From Bacilli bacterium (GTDB lineage Bacteria > Bacillota_I > Bacilli_A > RF39 > UBA660), in contig JAFRVB010000001.1 in assembly GCA_017441845.1 (NCBI GenBank), positions 1 through 62,477 on the forward strand: a DNA stretch of 62,477 nt, read 5' to 3'. Shown one piece after another: positions 10,273 through 20,260 of the stretch. Each line of letters opens with the position of its first letter. Position 1 is the stretch's first letter. Below the pieces are notes generated by a model that was not told where the DNA came from, ran no database searches, and saw only the letters and a list, made by a program, of their open reading frames with translations. The position numbers and the translations under genes are program-made.

Positions 10273-11994
10273 TTATACATTTTCTACTATTTCACCAAAT
10301 AACTCATTGGCACTACTCATCATTATATCATCATTTTTTACTTCTTCATAGATAGGTTCTGGCTCATCCTGATAAGTAAAAAACTCTTCCACATTCTTAT
10401 TTTTAACACATTCTACATACTTAGAAGAAACCTCTTTCCATTTACTAGAACTAATCAAACATAGTTTCTTCTTAGATTTAGTATATTTATTATAAATCTT
10501 ACTAACATTATCTAAATCAGATAAATTACGATACATAATAGATTCTAAATCATAGGATAATACAACAATTTCAGGACTAACACACATAATATTACCATCC
10601 AATAAATTATTAATAATTGGTCCATCAGAACTAAAACTATTATTTCTTAATTCATTTAACAGATTAATTTCTTCATTCTTTAGAGTTCTATTTCCATTAA
10701 CTAAAGCATTATTTAGTCTAACACTCATAATTTCATCTATATTAACTATTTCTTTTTCCACAACTTGTTTTTTAGTTTTTACTTTTTTCTCTGTCTTTTC
10801 TTCTTTCTCTTCTTCTTTGTTTAATTTATTTGTAGAGAAAGGATCAATAACTTTAGCTGTACTTTCTTCAACTTCGATAACCTCTTCTTTTTTCTCAACA
10901 GGTTTTTCCTCTTTCTTTTTAACTTCTTTCTTAACTTCTACTTTTTCAGTATTAGCATATATATTATCATTAACAAACTTAATAAATAATGTCTCTATAT
11001 ACATAAAAGGATTCTCACTCTTTTTAACATCTAATATATTTTTATTAAAGAATAAATTAAAGTTTAAATATAAATTAACATCATATTTTAATTGTTTGTT
11101 TTTAGTATAATATTCAATAATATTCTCACGATATAACTTTAATAATTGATTTATAAAATTAATTAAATTAATACCCATACCATTTAATTCAGTTAATTTA
11201 GAAATCAATTCATTAATATTTCCCAAAAATAATAAATCAGTAAATTCTTCTAAATCTTTCTTAGTAACAAATCCATTTAAAGCAATATATTTATCATAAG
11301 TAATATCATCATTACAATAAGATCTTAATTGATCTAAAAGACTTAGTGAATCACGTAATCCTCCATCAGAAACATAAGCTATATCTTCTAAAGTATCTTT
11401 ATCTATCTTTATTTTTTCTTTCTTACATATATTTTTCAATCTATCCACTATTTCAGACATTTCAATACGTTTAAAGTTAAAATTTTGGCATCTCGAACTA
11501 ATTGTAGGTGGTACTTTTTGAGGATCTGTTGTTGCGAGAATAAAGACTATATGCTCTGGAGGTTCTTCCAAAGTTTTTAATAAAGCATTAAAAGCACCAG
11601 TAGATAACATATGAACTTCATCGATAATATATACTTTATATTTCAAACTAGCAGGTACTAAATTAGAGTTATCTATGATCTTTCTAATCTCATCTACACC
11701 GTTATTACTAGCAGCATCAATCTCAATAATATCAACACATTCATCACCAAAAGAATTAAGACAATTAGCACATTTACCACATGCTTCTCCATCTTTATTT
11801 TCAAGACAATTTATATTTCTTGCGAATATTTTAGAGACGCTTGTTTTACCTGTTCCACGTGGACCAAAAAACAAATACGCATGTCCAAAAGAACCATTAA
11901 TAATTGAATTTTTTAAAGTCTCAACTATCGAATCTTGTCCTACAACATCATCAAAACTAATTGGTCGATATTTTCTATATAATGATTGATACAT
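10273..11994 (-). CDS. dnaX: DNA polymerase III gamma/tau subunit
   Basis: YQSLYRKYRP, GPRGTGKTS, EIDAASNNGVD, IDEVHMLS..AFNALLKTLEEPP. ATG at 11994 follows GAGGTG. Confidence 0.97.
   Translation of the reverse strand: MYQSLYRKYRPISFDDVVGQDSIVETLKNSIINGSFGHAYLFFGPRGTGKTSVSKIFARNINCLENKDGEACGKCANCLNSFGDECVDIIEIDAASNNGVDEIRKIIDNSNLVPASLKYKVYIIDEVHMLSTGAFNALLKTLEEPPEHIVFILATTDPQKVPPTISSRCQNFNFKRIEMSEIVDRLKNICKKEKIKIDKDTLEDIAYVSDGGLRDSLSLLDQLRSYCNDDITYDKYIALNGFVTKKDLEEFTDLLFLGNINELISKLTELNGMGINLINFINQLLKLYRENIIEYYTKNKQLKYDVNLYLNFNLFFNKNILDVKKSENPFMYIETLFIKFVNDNIYANTEKVEVKKEVKKKEEKPVEKKEEVIEVEESTAKVIDPFSTNKLNKEEEKEEKTEKKVKTKKQVVEKEIVNIDEIMSVRLNNALVNGNRTLKNEEINLLNELRNNSFSSDGPIINNLLDGNIMCVSPEIVVLSYDLESIMYRNLSDLDNVSKIYNKYTKSKKKLCLISSSKWKEVSSKYVECVKNKNVEEFFTYQDEPEPIYEEVKNDDIMMSSANELFGEIVENV
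11851..11866. promoter_or_regulatory. Possible intragenic parS site in dnaX
   Basis: TGTTCCACGTGGACCA matches the parS site at 12626 at 15/16 positions. It overlaps the codons for GPRGT. Confidence 0.35.
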
Positions 11995-12017
11995 AAACAC
12001 ACCTCTAATCACTATAT

Positions 12018-12026
12018 ATTATAACA
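12018..12026 (-). promoter_or_regulatory. Extended -10 sigmaA promoter of dnaX operon
   Basis: TGTTATAAT on the minus strand, ~25 nt upstream of the ATG and after the tadA terminator. Confidence 0.65.
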
Positions 12027-12041
12027 TAAATAAAGAGAAGA

Positions 12042-12488
12042 TTAATCAAATCTTCTCAATTTAAAAAACTTTTTTAATAAATTTCCACAACGTGTTTTAT
12101 CAATATTAAAATCTATATTAACTTCACTATTATTATCAGTAGTAGAAAGTATATTTTTAATTAATTTATCATCATAAGTATCATTACTTATACCACAATA
12201 AATATTATGAATTCTAGCTTGTTTTATCGCACTAGCACACATAGGACAAGGAGATAAAGTAATATAAATATCACATTCATCTAAGCGCCAATTATTAAGT
12301 TTAGATGACGCTTCTTTGATAGCTAAAACTTCTGCATGGTCTATAGCACAATTATTATTTTCTTTTAAATTATGTGTTTTAGCTAATATTTCATCTTTTT
12401 TAACTATTACACAACCCACAGGTATTTCACCTATTTCATATGCTTTTAATGCTTCTTCGTACGCAATATCCATATATTTCATATTCAT
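12042..12488 (-). CDS. tadA: tRNA adenosine(34) deaminase
   Basis: GEIPVGCVIV, HAE, PCPMC. True start MNMKY at 12488 follows GGAGTG. The longer ORF-track start runs into the SRP RNA. Confidence 0.92.
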   Translation of the reverse strand: MNMKYMDIAYEEALKAYEIGEIPVGCVIVKKDEILAKTHNLKENNNCAIDHAEVLAIKEASSKLNNWRLDECDIYITLSPCPMCASAIKQARIHNIYCGISNDTYDDKLIKNILSTTDNNSEVNIDFNIDKTRCGNLLKKFFKLRRFD

Positions 12489-12508
12489 AGTATCACTCCA
12501 AAATAAAA

Positions 12509-12580
12509 GTGCACATGAAGGTAAATCCTTAAGGCTGCTGGCTTCCACCCCTGACCTGGTTCAAACTCCTTCATTGCACG
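12509..12580 (-). ncRNA. ffs: Signal recognition particle RNA, small 4.5S type
   Basis: Minus strand GTGCAATGAAGGAGTTTGAACCAGGTCAGGGGTGGAAGCCAGCAGCCTTAAGGATTTACCTTCATGTGCAC forms one long hairpin. It has the domain IV motif CAGG-GGT-GGAA-GCC-AGCAG and is followed by a T-run. Confidence 0.92.
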
Positions 12581-12585
12581 TCATT

Positions 12586-12613
12586 ATTATAATATATATT
12601 TATTATATTTCAA
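12586..12613 (-). promoter_or_regulatory. SigmaA promoter of ffs-tadA
   Basis: TTGAAA (12608-12613), 16-nt spacer, TATAAT (12586-12591) on the minus strand. Confidence 0.65.
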
Positions 12614-12625
12614 ACTTTTTATTAA

Positions 12626-12641
12626 TGTTCCACGTGGAACA
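12626..12641. promoter_or_regulatory. parS centromere site 1
   Basis: Perfect palindrome TGTTCCACGTGGAACA matching TGTTNCACGTGNAACA. Confidence 0.93.
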
Positions 12642-12676
12642 TATATCATTTTTATTTCCCAAAAACACTTAAATTT

Positions 12677-12692
12677 TATTTCCTGGGAAATA
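12677..12692. promoter_or_regulatory. Noc-binding sequence (NBS)
   Basis: TATTTCCTGGGAAATA, one mismatch to TATTTCCCGGGAAATA. A Noc-type protein is encoded at 40116. Confidence 0.75.
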
Positions 12693-12743
12693 ATTTATAT
12701 ATGAAATCATTGAAATATATAGATTTTAATATTTATAATCTAA

Positions 12744-12759
12744 TGTTTCACGTGGAACA
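12744..12759. promoter_or_regulatory. parS centromere site 2
   Basis: TGTTTCACGTGGAACA. Confidence 0.93.
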
Positions 12760-12802
12760 TATAATTTTTATTTCCCAAAAATAACATAGTTCGTTTTATC
12801 AG

Positions 12803-12818
12803 TGTTTCACGTGAAACA
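12803..12818. promoter_or_regulatory. parS centromere site 3
   Basis: Perfect palindrome TGTTTCACGTGAAACA. Confidence 0.93.
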
Positions 12819-12819
12819 T

Positions 12820-12848
12820 AAAAAAAAGAAGATTAATTATCTTCTTTT
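12820..12848 (-). terminator. Intrinsic terminator after gyrA
   Basis: aaaaaaaagaagattaattatcttcttttt is a hairpin with a T-tract on the minus strand. Confidence 0.7.
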
Positions 12849-15271
12849 TCTTCTTCCATAACTTCGTCACTTACAATAGCAACTGTACTAACTTTTTGTT
12901 CATCTTTAAGATTGATTAATCTAGTCCCTTGAGTATTTCTCTTTAATACAGATATTTGATCTAAAGGCATCTTGATAATAATTCCACTATCAGTCACAAC
13001 AACCAAGCTGGAATTATCTGATTCATCAACCTTTCTAATTTTAACTAAATTACCATTCTTTTCAGTTACATTAAGAGCTTTAACACCTTTACTACCTCTG
13101 TGAGTTAATCTATATTCACTGATAGGTGTCATCTTACCATAACCTTTTTCAGTAACAATTAAGATTTTATCATCAGAATTCAAGATATCTGAACTAACAA
13201 CTTCAGCTCCACCTAAATCGATACCTTTAACTCCAGAAGAATTTCTACCCATAGATCTAACTTCGTTTTCATCAAATCTAACCATTCTTCCGTTAGAAGC
13301 ACCAATTAAGATTTCATTCTTTCCACAAGATGCTTTTACAGAAATAAGTTCATCATCATCTTTAAGAGCAATAGCAATCTTACCACTCTTTCTAATGTTT
13401 TCAAATTGTGATAAGTCAGTACGTTTAATTAAACCATTCTTAGTAACAAATACTAGGTGAGTTGCCTCAGTATCTTTATTACCACTTAATATAGAACGTA
13501 TGTTTTCATCTTTCTCTAATGGTAATAAATTAACTATTGGTAAACCTTTAGATTGTCTACTATATTCAGGAACTTCATACCCTTTAATTCTATAGACTTT
13601 ACCTTTATTACTAAAGAATAATAAGTAATCATGTGAATCAAGATTTAGCATATGTTCTACAAAATCTTCTTCGTTTGTAGCCATACCTTTAACTCCAACT
13701 CCACCTCTGTTTTGAGTACGATATGTATCATTATTTAATCTCTTAATATAACCTTTATTAGTTAATGTAACGATAATATCATCATTTGGAATTAATGATT
13801 CATCATCAATAAATTCAATAGCTGTCATATCGATATGTGTTCTTCTTTCGTCACCATATCTTTCTTTAATTTCAAGTAATTCTTCTTTAATTACTCCTAA
13901 AACTTTCTCATCACTAGATAAGATATCTTTTAGATAAGCAATAGTTTCTTCTAATTCTTTTAGTTCATTTTCAATCTTTTCTCTTTCTAAACCTGTTAAT
14001 CTACGTAATTTCATCTCTAAAATTGCATTAGATTGAATCTCAGTAAGAGAAAATTTCTTCATTAGTCCATCTCTAGCTTCTTCATCAGATTTAGCAGCTC
14101 TAATTAATTTAACTACCTCATCGATATTATCTAAAGCTATTTTTAAACCTTCTAATATATGAACTCTCTTTTCAGCAACATCTAAATCATATTTAGTTCT
14201 TCTGATAATTACTTCTTTTTGGAAATCTATATATTTAGCAATTATATCTTTTAAACCCAATGTTTTAGGTACTCCTTGATCTAACATTAAGAATATAATT
14301 CCATAAGATGTTTGGAAAGAAGTATGTTTATATAACTTATTTAATACAACTTGGGCATTAGCGTCTTTCTTTAAAGTAATAGTAATCTTAATACCATTCT
14401 TCAAATCAGTATGATAATCACTAATACCTTCAATTGTCTTATTATTAACAAGTTCTGCTACTTTATTTTTTAAATCCATTGAATTAACACCATATGGTAT
14501 CTCATCAATAATAATTACTTGATGTCCTTTTTCTTCTTCAATAGTAGCTTTACTTCTAATAGTAATAGATCCACGTCCTGTTTCATACGCTCTTTTTATT
14601 CCACTATTTCCTAGGATAATACCTCCTGTAGGAAAATCTGGTCCTTTAATATGTTGCATCAAATCCATTAATTCAATATCTTGATTATCAATATAAGCAA
14701 CACAACCATCAATAACTTCAGACAAGTTATGAGGTGGAATATTAGTAGCCATACCAACAGCTATACCAGTAGTTCCATTAACTAAAATATTAGGAAATCT
14801 TGAAGGTAATACAATTGGTTCCCTTTCACTTTCATCAAAGTTAGGAGCAAAATCAACGGTATTTTTATTTATATTTCTAAGTAATTCCAATGATATTTTA
14901 GATAATCTTGACTCAGTATAACGCATAGCTGCAGCACCGTAACCTTCAATATTACCAAAGTTACCATGTCCATCAACAAGCATATATCTATATGAGAAAT
15001 CTTGTGCCATTCTAACCATAGCTTCATAGATTGATGAATCTCCATGTGGGTGATATTTACCCATAACGTCTCCGACAATTCTTGCACTCTTCTTATGAGG
15101 CTTGTCAGGAGTGTATCCAGACTCATACATTGAATATAAAATTCTTCTATGAACAGGTTTTAAACCATCTCTTAAATCAGGTAAAGCACGAGAAACAATA
15201 ACACTCATTGAATACTCTAAAAATGAATCTTTTACCTCTTTAACTATATTATTTGATTCTAATCTATCCAT
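12833..15271 (-). CDS. gyrA: DNA gyrase subunit A
   Basis: RALPD.RDGLKPV.RR, YHPHGDS, AAMRYTE, GyrA-box QNRGGVG. Confidence 0.98.
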   Translation of the reverse strand: MDRLESNNIVKEVKDSFLEYSMSVIVSRALPDLRDGLKPVHRRILYSMYESGYTPDKPHKKSARIVGDVMGKYHPHGDSSIYEAMVRMAQDFSYRYMLVDGHGNFGNIEGYGAAAMRYTESRLSKISLELLRNINKNTVDFAPNFDESEREPIVLPSRFPNILVNGTTGIAVGMATNIPPHNLSEVIDGCVAYIDNQDIELMDLMQHIKGPDFPTGGIILGNSGIKRAYETGRGSITIRSKATIEEEKGHQVIIIDEIPYGVNSMDLKNKVAELVNNKTIEGISDYHTDLKNGIKITITLKKDANAQVVLNKLYKHTSFQTSYGIIFLMLDQGVPKTLGLKDIIAKYIDFQKEVIIRRTKYDLDVAEKRVHILEGLKIALDNIDEVVKLIRAAKSDEEARDGLMKKFSLTEIQSNAILEMKLRRLTGLEREKIENELKELEETIAYLKDILSSDEKVLGVIKEELLEIKERYGDERRTHIDMTAIEFIDDESLIPNDDIIVTLTNKGYIKRLNNDTYRTQNRGGVGVKGMATNEEDFVEHMLNLDSHDYLLFFSNKGKVYRIKGYEVPEYSRQSKGLPIVNLLPLEKDENIRSILSGNKDTEATHLVFVTKNGLIKRTDLSQFENIRKSGKIAIALKDDDELISVKASCGKNEILIGASNGRMVRFDENEVRSMGRNSSGVKGIDLGGAEVVSSDILNSDDKILIVTEKGYGKMTPISEYRLTHRGSKGVKALNVTEKNGNLVKIRKVDESDNSSLVVVTDSGIIIKMPLDQISVLKRNTQGTRLINLKDEQKVSTVAIVSDEVMEEEKEDN

Positions 15272-15282
15272 ATTATCAACTC

Positions 15283-17211
15283 CTAGTAATCTAAATTAGT
15301 TGCAAATGTAGCATTCTCTTCAATAAATTCTCTTCTAGGACCAACCTCATCCCCCATTAGTTTAGAAAAGATTTCATCAGCTTCCATAGCATCTTCTAAT
15401 GTTATTTGTCTTAAAACTCTTTTATTAATATCCATAGTTGTTTCATTTAATTCTTCAGCATCCATTTCTCCTAAACCTTTCATACGCATAACATCATATT
15501 TAGTATTAGGATTTAAAGTAGCTAAATATTCATCTCTTTCTGCCTCATTTAAAACATATTTAATGGTTTTACCATGTTTAATAACAAATAATGGTGGTTG
15601 AGCAGCATATACATGTCCTGCTTCAACTATAGGTCTAAAGAATCTATAGAATAATGTTAGTAATAGTACTCTGATATGAGAACCATCAACATCAGCATCT
15701 GTCATTATAATAATTTTGTTATATCTTAATTTATTAATATCAAAATCATCATCTATTCCAGTACCAAAAGCAGTAATAATAGATCTAATTTCTTCATTAG
15801 ATAAAGCTCTATCTTTTCTAGCTTTTTCTACATTTAATATTTTTCCTCTTAATGGAAGAATAGCTTGAGTCATAGAATCCCTACCTTTTATAGCAGATCC
15901 TCCAGCTGAATCTCCCTCGACGATAAATATCTCTGAAATAGAAGCATCTTTACTTTTACAATCAGATAATTTACCAAAGAATTTAGTTACATCTAAATCT
16001 CCTTGTCTACGAGTTAATTCACGAGCTTTTTTAGCAGCTAATCTAGCTCTACCAGCAGTAATTGCTTTTTCCACAACAACTCTTGCTTCATTAGGATGTT
16101 CAAGTAAAAATCTCTCAAAACCATCACTAAATATCTTACTAGCTACAGCTCTAACTTCACTATTACCTAATTTTGTTTTAGTCTGACCTTCAAATTGAGG
16201 ATTAGGATGTTTACAAGAAATAATCATAGTAATACCTTCTTGTACATCTTCTCCTGATAATGATTGATCTTTATCTTTTAATAAATTATTATTTAATGCA
16301 TATTTATTAATTACTTGAGTTAAAGCTCTCTTAACTCCTTCTTCATGAGTTCCTCCTTCTGGAGTAATAATATTATTAACAAAAGAATAAACTCTAGGAT
16401 TAAAAGACTCATTATATTGTAGAGATACTTCAATAGAAATATCCTTTTCTTTTCCAGCTATATCAACTATTGTTTCATGAATAGGTTTCTCAGTTTTATT
16501 AAGCATTTCAACATATTCAGTTAATCCACCTTCATAACAATAACTAACTTTTTTATCAGCTACTCTATCATCATACAACGTTATTCTTAATCCTTTGTTT
16601 AAGAAAGCTAATTGTCTTAATCTCTTACTTAAAGTATCAAAATCAAAGACAATAGACTCAGTAAATATACCATCATCTGGTAAGAAAGTTACTGTAGTAC
16701 CTGTTCTATCTTTATCACAAGTATCTATTACTTTTAATTCATCCTCAGCATGTCCACCATTAGAATATCTTTGATAATAAACCTTACCATCACGATAAAC
16801 TTTAACCTCTAACCAATCAGATAAAGCATTAACTACTGAAGCTCCAACTCCGTGAAGTCCACCAGATACTTTGTATCCACCTCCACCGAATTTACCTCCA
16901 GCATGTAATACTGTATATACTGTTTCAACAGTGCTTTTACCTGTTTTTGGATGTATTTCAGTAGGTATACCTCTTCCATCATCTTTAACAGTAACACTGT
17001 TATCTTTATTAATAGTTACTTCTATATGAGAACAATATCCAGCTAATGCTTCATCTATCGCATTATCAACTATTTCCCATACTAAATGATGAAGTCCTGC
17101 AGCACTAGTAGTACCTATATACATACCAGGTCTTTTTCTAACAGCTTCTAAACCTTCTAATACTTGGATTGATGATGAATCATAATTATTAAGTACTTTT
17201 TCTTCATTCAT
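15283..17211 (-). CDS. gyrB: DNA gyrase subunit B
   Basis: [49 protein letters not shown]. Confidence 0.98.
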   Translation of the reverse strand: MNEEKVLNNYDSSSIQVLEGLEAVRKRPGMYIGTTSAAGLHHLVWEIVDNAIDEALAGYCSHIEVTINKDNSVTVKDDGRGIPTEIHPKTGKSTVETVYTVLHAGGKFGGGGYKVSGGLHGVGASVVNALSDWLEVKVYRDGKVYYQRYSNGGHAEDELKVIDTCDKDRTGTTVTFLPDDGIFTESIVFDFDTLSKRLRQLAFLNKGLRITLYDDRVADKKVSYCYEGGLTEYVEMLNKTEKPIHETIVDIAGKEKDISIEVSLQYNESFNPRVYSFVNNIITPEGGTHEEGVKRALTQVINKYALNNNLLKDKDQSLSGEDVQEGITMIISCKHPNPQFEGQTKTKLGNSEVRAVASKIFSDGFERFLLEHPNEARVVVEKAITAGRARLAAKKARELTRRQGDLDVTKFFGKLSDCKSKDASISEIFIVEGDSAGGSAIKGRDSMTQAILPLRGKILNVEKARKDRALSNEEIRSIITAFGTGIDDDFDINKLRYNKIIIMTDADVDGSHIRVLLLTLFYRFFRPIVEAGHVYAAQPPLFVIKHGKTIKYVLNEAERDEYLATLNPNTKYDVMRMKGLGEMDAEELNETTMDINKRVLRQITLEDAMEADEIFSKLMGDEVGPRREFIEENATFATNLDY

Positions 17212-17216
17212 AAATA

Positions 17217-18329
17217 TTACTTCCTTTCAACCGTTCCATTATTTACTTCAAATACAAAAGAATTATCTAAATATTTCTTATTAATATTCTTTAAATCAGT
17301 AGTAGTAATAATAGATTGTATATTTAAATTATTAATATATTTCAATATTTTATTTCTTTTCTTTAAATCAAACTCTGATAATATATCATCTAATAATAAT
17401 ATTGGATTGTAATTAGTATATTTCTTAAAAATACTAATCTCACTTAATTTAAATGCTAAAATAGCTAACTTTTGTTGTCCTTGTGATCCAAAATATTTTA
17501 AATCAATATCATCTAATATAATATTAAAATCATCTCTATGTGGACCAAACAAAGTCATACCATACTTTAATTCTTTATAATAATTATCATCAAAATTTTT
17601 CCTTAAATTATTAATTAAATACTCATCTTCATAAGATTCAAAACTAATATTAGGATTATATTTAATAGTAATATTACCTATACCACCTAATTCTTTAAAA
17701 TTATCATTAATAACTTCATTAATCTCATTAATAAAAGTATTTCTTAATTGATAAATAAGTATAGATTTTTCTATTAATTTATCAGTTAAAATATCTAAAT
17801 AATTTTTATCAGCTAATCCGTTATTAAATAATATTTTTAAATATTCATTTCTAGTTTTTAATATCTTATTAAATTCATTATAAGTATTTACATATTTATT
17901 AAATATCTGACATAATTCTATATTTAATAAATTTCTTCTAAAAACAGGTGATCCTTTTATTATTTCTAAATCATCAGGTATAAATACTATGACATTTAAA
18001 TTAGATAAATAATCAGAATTTCTATTAATTTTCTTATTATTAATAAATAATTCTTTTTTATCATCTTTTTGTCTATATTCTAATTTAGAAATTAATTTAT
18101 TTTTCTTAATAGTACCTTTAATACTACATCTAGATTTATTAAATTTAATAATATTAGGATTAACACCAACTCTATGAGATTTAGTAAGCGCTAAAATGAC
18201 TATAGATTCAAGTATATTAGTCTTACCTTGAGCGTTTTCTCCTACAAAAATATTCATATTTTCATTAAATTTAATATCCGTCTTATCATAATTTCTAAAA
18301 TTTAATAGACTTATTTTAGTAATTTTCAA
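17217..18329 (-). CDS. recF: DNA replication and repair protein RecF
   Basis: [38 protein letters not shown] start. Confidence 0.96.
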   Translation of the reverse strand: MKITKISLLNFRNYDKTDIKFNENMNIFVGENAQGKTNILESIVILALTKSHRVGVNPNIIKFNKSRCSIKGTIKKNKLISKLEYRQKDDKKELFINNKKINRNSDYLSNLNVIVFIPDDLEIIKGSPVFRRNLLNIELCQIFNKYVNTYNEFNKILKTRNEYLKILFNNGLADKNYLDILTDKLIEKSILIYQLRNTFINEINEVINDNFKELGGIGNITIKYNPNISFESYEDEYLINNLRKNFDDNYYKELKYGMTLFGPHRDDFNIILDDIDLKYFGSQGQQKLAILAFKLSEISIFKKYTNYNPILLLDDILSEFDLKKRNKILKYINNLNIQSIITTTDLKNINKKYLDNSFVFEVNNGTVERK

Positions 18330-18420
18330 AAATTACCACCAAAAACGTCCATATAATCACCTATTCCCCATCTATAGTATTCCTATACATGCAATACCAT
18401 TATATCATATTTTGACGCAT

Positions 18421-18456
18421 AAAAAAACAAAAAGCAGTCAATTTGACTACTTTTTT
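18421..18456 (-). terminator. Intrinsic terminator after comK
   Basis: Minus strand aaaagtagtcaaattgactgctttttgtttttt. Confidence 0.7.
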
Positions 18457-18901
18457 ACCCATTTAATCTTTTTCTGATAATAACATCTAATCTAGATGCT
18501 CTAGATAGTTGATTTTCAATACTTCTATAAGATGTAGGTACTATTATTTCTCTACCATTATCAAAGATTATTCTAGTATTATAAGTATCTATTTTTTCAA
18601 TACTTTTTACTCTTTTTAAGCTTATCCAAGCACAATCATCAGCAGTAGGGGATGTAGTAGGGAAGACTATAACATTATTATAATCTTCAATAATGATTGG
18701 AACTTTATATTCAGCACCTAATATCTTTTTAGCACTATCTTTTCTTCCTTTATAAGTACTACCAAAGTATTTACAAGATTCTTCCATTATTTTAAATGGA
18801 GTCTCTTCCACAATAAACCTTTCTTCATCTTCATATACTAAGCTATTTTGATCTTCATTAGGAATAATAGCTAAAGTACCTTGACTAATCTCATAATTCA
18901 T
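18455..18901 (-). CDS. comK: ComK-family competence transcription factor
   Basis: YEI...TLAIIP, SCKYFGSTYKGRK, K.PIII, FPT.SP....C.WIS, F.NG....V..SY.SIENQ..R. This pattern aligns by eye with B. subtilis ComK. Confidence 0.85.
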   Translation of the reverse strand: MNYEISQGTLAIIPNEDQNSLVYEDEERFIVEETPFKIMEESCKYFGSTYKGRKDSAKKILGAEYKVPIIIEDYNNVIVFPTTSPTADDCAWISLKRVKSIEKIDTYNTRIIFDNGREIIVPTSYRSIENQLSRASRLDVIIRKRLNG

Positions 18902-18952
18902 AATTTTACCTCCTCGAAAACCTCCGTTTTCAAGAGCTAGATTAAATTATCC

Positions 18953-18982
18953 AAAGGTCGAAAAAAGTCGAAAAAGGTCGAA
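18953..18982. repeat. Three tandem 10-bp repeats upstream of comK (0A-box-like)
   Basis: AAAGGTCGAA AAAAGTCGAA AAAGGTCGAA. Confidence 0.85.
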
Positions 18983-18996
18983 TTATTAAAAAAAGT

Positions 18997-19024
18997 AAAA
19001 AAAAGAACATAATTAATATGTTCT
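18997..19024 (-). terminator. Intrinsic terminator after dnaN
   Basis: aaaaaaagaacataattaatatgttct is a hairpin with a T-tract on the minus strand. Confidence 0.65.
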
Positions 19025-20137
19025 AATTGGAAGTACTAATTGTGTTAAATCCTCTTTATCTTTAGATTTAATAATAATAGGTTTTATTTCTCCAATAAAA
19101 TGAATTTCCACATCTTCTGTTGAAAAACTTTTTAAAGCTTCCATCATATATTTAGCACTAAATGATATTTTAATATCTTTTTTGTTATTTTTAGTAATAT
19201 TCATCTTTTCTTCAACTTTACCAATTTCAGCAGAAGAACTCTTTAATGTTAAAACATCACCATTAGTCTCTAAATTAACTATATTTTTATCTTTATCACT
19301 AGTTAAAATACTAACTCTATCAATAACACTATAGAAATCTAATAAATTCATAGTAATATTCATAAAATCTTCTTTAGGTAATAAATTAGAAGTATTAGGA
19401 TAAGTACCATTAATTAATCTAGATTGGAATAATAAATTATCTAATTTAAATAATATTTTATTACTAAATATATTTAATTCTATTTGTTCATCTTCAGATG
19501 ATAATATCTTAGATAATTCAACAATATTATGACGAGGAACTACAATATTATAATTCTCTGAACTTTCTTTATCTAAAGTAATTACTTTTCTAGCTAAACG
19601 ATAAGAATCTGTAGCATTACATTCCATCATATTACCAGCTATATTGAAATTAATTCCAGTTAATACAGGTTTATTTTCTTCATTAGAAGCTGCAAAAGCT
19701 GTTTCATAAACTATATCTTTTAATAGATTACTACTTAAATAAACTTTATTTTTACTTTCTTCTAAATTAATAGTAGGATATTCTCTTTCACTAATACCAT
19801 TTAAATTAAATTCAGAATTTTCAGTACTAATAATTACTTTCAAATCATCAATAACTTCAAAATTAATAAATTCATCAGTTAACTTTCTAGCTATATCTAG
19901 TACATATCTACCTTGTATAATAATAGATCCTTCATCTTCAATAATAAATTCATCTTTTTTAGCATTAATTTTATTTTGAATAGTAATATCATTATCACTA
20001 GCAGTTAAAGTTAAAGATTTACCTTTTAAATCAAACTTTATTCCAGCAAGTACTGGTATTAAGTTCTTAGTAGATATAGCTTTACTAACTTTATTTAATC
20101 CCTCTAATAGTATTTCTCTTTTAATTTTAAATTTCAT
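19013..20137 (-). CDS. dnaN: DNA polymerase III beta sliding clamp
   Basis: P.LAGIK, ATDSYRLA, SRLI.G.YPN, LVLPIRTY. Follows dnaA. Confidence 0.97.
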   Translation of the reverse strand: MKFKIKREILLEGLNKVSKAISTKNLIPVLAGIKFDLKGKSLTLTASDNDITIQNKINAKKDEFIIEDEGSIIIQGRYVLDIARKLTDEFINFEVIDDLKVIISTENSEFNLNGISEREYPTINLEESKNKVYLSSNLLKDIVYETAFAASNEENKPVLTGINFNIAGNMMECNATDSYRLARKVITLDKESSENYNIVVPRHNIVELSKILSSEDEQIELNIFSNKILFKLDNLLFQSRLINGTYPNTSNLLPKEDFMNITMNLLDFYSVIDRVSILTSDKDKNIVNLETNGDVLTLKSSSAEIGKVEEKMNITKNNKKDIKISFSAKYMMEALKSFSTEDVEIHFIGEIKPIIIKSKDKEDLTQLVLPIRTY

Positions 20138-20154
20138 ATATATACCTTCTTTCT

Positions 20155-20239
20155 TATAAATATTATTAATATTATTAGTGTGGAAAATGTTAAAAATATC
20201 ATTTTCTATTATTATTCATATACTTTTTAATGTGGATAT
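20155..20239 (-). other. oriC unwinding region (dnaA-dnaN spacer) with DnaA boxes and DnaA-trio tract
   Basis: Minus strand: ATATCCACA (20231-20239), tandem TTTTTAACA/TTTTCCACA (20179-20196), then C-TAA-TAA-TAT-TAA-TAA-TAT-TTA. Confidence 0.75.
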
Positions 20240-20260
20240 TTATTTAATAACTTTTTAGTT

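Larger units (their letters stand above)
12623..12781. repeat. Imperfect ~42-bp direct repeat (parS plus NBS half-site unit), two copies
   Basis: 12623-12665 taatgttccacgtggaacatatatcatttttatttcccaaaaa versus 12741-12781 taatgtttcacgtggaacatataatttttatttcccaaaaa. Confidence 0.85.

Noticed and set aside
12489-12548. N-terminal extension of tadA in the ORF track
   Set aside because: It overlaps the SRP RNA. An RBS and ATG at 12488 give a normal-length TadA.
12623-12818. CRISPR array or MITE interpretation of the palindromic repeats
   Set aside because: The repeats are 16-bp parS consensus sites with irregular spacing, and there are no cas or transposase genes.
18917-18930. ComK AT-box (AAAA-N5-TTTT) for autoregulation
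   Set aside because: The spacer is N6 and there is no properly spaced partner box. It is better explained as the RNA hairpin.
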